Assembly: GCF_032444005.1 (NCBI RefSeq)
Contig: NC_091291.1
Span: forward strand, 6,758,001 to 6,822,000
Length of the DNA: 64,000 nucleotides
From: Ranitomeya imitator
Taxonomy: Eukaryota
Direction of reading: 5' to 3'
The translations under genes and the position numbers were made by a program. The notes below the pieces were generated by a model. That model did not search any database. It worked only from the letters and a program-made list of their open reading frames with translations, and was not told the DNA's origin. Positions 60,011-64,000 of this stretch are shown piece by piece; position 1 is the stretch's first letter; the number at the start of each line of letters is the position of its first letter.

Positions 60011-63000
60011 ACATAGGAGCAGTATTATAGTAGTTATATTCTTATATATAGGGGCAGTATTATAGTAGTTATATTCCTGTACATAGGGGCAGTATTATAG
60101 TAGTTATATTCCTGTACATAGGGGCAGTATTATAGTAGTTATATTCTTGTACATTGGAGGAGTATTATAGTAGTTATATTCTTGTACATAGGGGCAGTAT
60201 TATAGTAGTTATATTCTTGTACATAGGAGCGGTATTATAGTAGTTATATTCTTGTACATATGGGCACTATTATAGTAGCTATATTCTTGTACATAGGGGC
60301 AGTATTATAGTAGCTATATTCTTGTACATAGGGGCAGTATTATAGTAGTTATAATCTTGTACATAGGAGCAGTATTATAGTAGTTATATTCTTGTATATA
60401 GGGGCAGTATTATAGTAGCTATATTCTTGTACATAGGGGCAGTATTATAGTAGTTATATCCTTGTACATAGGAGCAGTATTATAGTAGTTATATTCTTGT
60501 ACATAGGGGCAGTATTATAGTAGTTATATTCCTGTACATAGGGGCAGTATTATAGTAGTTATATTCTTGTACATAGGAGCAGTATTATAGTAGTTATATT
60601 CTTGTACATAGGGGCAGTATTATAGTAGTTATATTCTTGTACATAAGGACAGTATTATAGTAGCTATATTCTTGTACATAGGGGCAGTATTATAGTAGTT
60701 ATAATCTTGTACATAGGAGCAGTATTATAGTAGTTATATTCTTGTACATAGGGGCAGTATTATAGTAGTTATAATCTTGCACATAGAGGGCAGTATTATA
60801 GTAGTTATATTCTTGTACATAGAGGGCAGTATTATAGTAGTTATATTCTTGTACATAGGGGCAGTATTATAGTAGTTATAATCTTGTACATAGGAGCAGT
60901 ATTATAGTAGTTATATTCTTGTACATAGGGGCAGTATTATAGTAGCTATATTCTTGTACATAGGGGACAGTATTATAGTAGTTATATTCTTGTACATAGA
61001 GGCAGTATTATAGTAGTTATATTCTTGTACATAGAGGCAGTATTATAGTAGTTATATTCTTGTACATAGGAGCAGTATTATAGTAGTTATATTCTTGTAC
61101 ATAGGAGCAGTATTATAGTAGTTTTATAGGGGGCAGTATTATAGTAGTTATATTGTACATAGGGGCAGTATTATAGTAGTTATTTTCTTGTACAGAGAGG
61201 GCAGTATTATAGTAGTTATATTCTTGTACATAGGGGCAGTATTATAGTAGCTATATTCTTGTACATAGGGGACAGTATTATAGTAGTTATATTCTTGTAC
61301 ATAGGGGCAGTATTATAGTAGTTATATTCTTGTACATAGGGGCAGTATTATAGTAGTTATATTCTTATACATAGGAGCAGTATTATAGTAGTTATATAGG
61401 GGGCAGTATTATAGTAGTTATATTCTTGTACATAGGGACAGTATTATAGTAGTTATATTCTTGTACATGGGGCAGTATTATAGTAGTTATATTTTTGTAC
61501 ATAGGGGCAGTATTATAGTAGTTATATTCTTGTACATGGGGGCAGTATTATAGTAGTTATATTCTTGTACATAGGAGCAGTATTATAGTAGTTATATTCT
61601 TGTACATAGGAGCAGTATTATAGTAGTTATATTCTTGTACATAGGAGCAGTATTATAGTAGTTATATTCTTATATATAGGGGCAGTATTATAGTAGTTAT
61701 ATTCCTGTACATAGGGGCAGTATTATAGTAGTTATATTCTTGTACATAGGAGCAGTATTATAGTAGTTATATTCTTGTACATAGGAGCAGTATTATAGTA
61801 GTTATATTCTTGTACATAGGGGCAGTATTATAGTAGCTATATTTTTGTACATAGGGGCAGTATTATAGTAGTTATAATCTTGTACATAGGAGCAGTATTA
61901 TAGTAGTTATATTCTTGTACATAGGGGCAGTATTATAGTAGCTATATTCTTGTACATAGGGGCAGTATTATAGTAGTTATATTCTTATATATAGGGGCAG
62001 TATTATAGTAGTTATATTCCTGTACATAGGGGCAGTATTATAGTAGTTATATTCTTGTACATAGGAGCAGTATTATAGTAGTTATATTCTTGTACATAGG
62101 GGCAGTATTATAGTAGTTATATTCTTGTACATAGGGGCAGTATTATAGTAGCTATATTCTTGTACATAGGGGCAGTATTATAGTAGTTATAATCTTGTAC
62201 ATAGGAGCAGTATTATAGTAGTTATATTCTTGTACATAGGGGCAGTATTATAGTAGCTATATTCTTGTACATAGGGGCAGTATTATAGTAGTTATAATCT
62301 TGCACATAGAGGGCAGTATTATAGTAGTTATATTCTTGTACATAGGGGCAGTATTATAGTAGCTATATTCTTGTACATAGGGGCAGTATTATAGTAGTTA
62401 TAATCTTGTACATAGGAGCAGTATTATAGTAGTTATATTCTTGTACATAGGGGCAGTATTATAGTAGCTATATTCTTGTACATAGGGGACAGTATTATAG
62501 TAGTTATATTCTTGTACATAGAGGCAGTATTATAGTAGTTATATTCTTGTACATAGGGGCAGTATTATAGTAGTTATATTCTTGTACATAGGAGCAGTAT
62601 TATAGTAGTTTTATAGGGGGCAGTATTATAGTAGTTATATTGTACATAGGGGCAGTATTATAGTAGTTATTTTCTTGTACATAGAGGGCAGTATTATAGT
62701 AGTTATATTCTTGTACATAGGGGCAGTATTATAGTAGCTATATTCTTGTACATAGGGGACAGTATTATAGTAGTTATATTCTTGTACATAGGGGCAGTAT
62801 TATAGTAGTTATATTCTTGTACATAGGGGCAGTATTATAGTAGTTATATTCTTATACATAGGAGCAGTATTATAGTAGTTATATAGGGGGCAGTATTATA
62901 GTAGTTATATTCTTGTACATAGGGGCAGTATTATAGTAGTTATATTCTTGTACATGGGGCAGTATTATAGTAGTTATATTTTTGTACATAGGGGCAGTAT

Positions 63001-64000
63001 TATAGTAGTTATATTCTTGTACATGGGGGCAGTATTATAGTAGTTATATTCTTGTACATAGGAGCAGTATTACAGTAGTTATATTCTTGTACATAGAGGC
63101 AGTATTATAGTAGTTATATTCTTGTACATAGGGGCAGTATTATAGTAGTTATATTCTTGTACATAGAGGCAGTATTATAGTAGTTATATTCTTGTACATA
63201 GAGGCAGTATTATAGTAGTTATATTCTTGTACATAGGGGCAGTATTATAGTAGTTATATTTTTGTACATAGGGGCAGTATTATAGTAGTTATATTCTTGT
63301 ACATAGGGGCAGTATTATAGTAGTTATATTCTTGTACATATAGGCAGTATTATAGTAGTTATTCTTGTACATAGGGAGCAGTATTATAGTAGTTATATTC
63401 TTGTACATAGGGGCAGTATTATAGTAGTTATATTTTTGTACATAGGGGCAGTATTATAGTAGTTATATTCTTGTACATAGGGGCAGTATTATAGTAGTTA
63501 TATTCTTGTACATATAGGCAGTATTATAGTAGTTATTCTTGTACATAGGGAGCAGTATTATAGTAGTTATATTCTTGTACATAGGGGCAGTATTATAGTA
63601 GTTATATTCTTGTACATAGGAGCAGTATTACAGTAGTTATATTCTTGTACACAGGGGGTAGTATTATAGTAGTTATATTCTTGTACATAGGAGCAGTATT
63701 ATAGTAGTTATATTCTTGTACACAGGGGGTAGTATTATAGTAGTTATATTCTTGTACATAGGAGCAGTATTATAGTAGTTATATTCTTGTACATAGAGGC
63801 AGTATTATAGTAGTTATATTCTTGTACATAGGGGCAGTATTACAGTAGTGATATTCTTGTACATAGGGGCAGTATTACAGTAGTTATATTCTTGTACACA
63901 GGGGGTAGTATTATAGTAGTTATATTCTTGTACATAGAGGCAGTATTATAGTAGTTATATTCTGTACATAGGGAGCAGTATTATAGTAGTTATATTCTTG
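60011..64000. repeat. 35-bp satellite (~114 units, runs off the window end)
   Basis: ACATAGG(A/G)GCAGTATTATAGTAGTTATATTCTTGT, period 35. Confidence 0.98.

Noticed and set aside
1-64000. CRISPR-like appearance of the 30-41-bp arrays
   Set aside because: Units are head-to-tail with no unique spacers, there are no cas genes, and the context is spliced vertebrate genes.

Overview
Vertebrate genomic DNA, probably a frog (inferred from the V-SINE, Penelope-like and other repeat styles; not proven). About 47 of 64 kb (~73%) is tandem repeat. Three protein-coding genes are supported: a spliced trypsin-like S1 serine protease (+, four exons at 27241-30299, first exon unresolved), single-exon FAM43B (-, 40628-41569) and four-coding-exon MUL1 (+, 49536-51923). 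FAM43B and MUL1 are head-to-head, as in human. Mobile elements are a 762-bp solo LTR inside the 34-bp satellite, a 5'-truncated V-SINE, a small foldback MITE, a Penelope-like remnant with a minimal hammerhead ribozyme, and a decayed Chapaev3-type DNA transposon that has spawned two minisatellites. The most interesting items are a 7-kb array of ~124 co-oriented CTCF-like motifs, the hammerhead, the transposon-born arrays, a possible repeat-built intron in the MUL1 3' UTR, and a 16-bp VNTR that sets the frame of an upstream ATG in FAM43B. Most long ORFs in the track are repeat artefacts. All homology calls are from recognition, not database searches.
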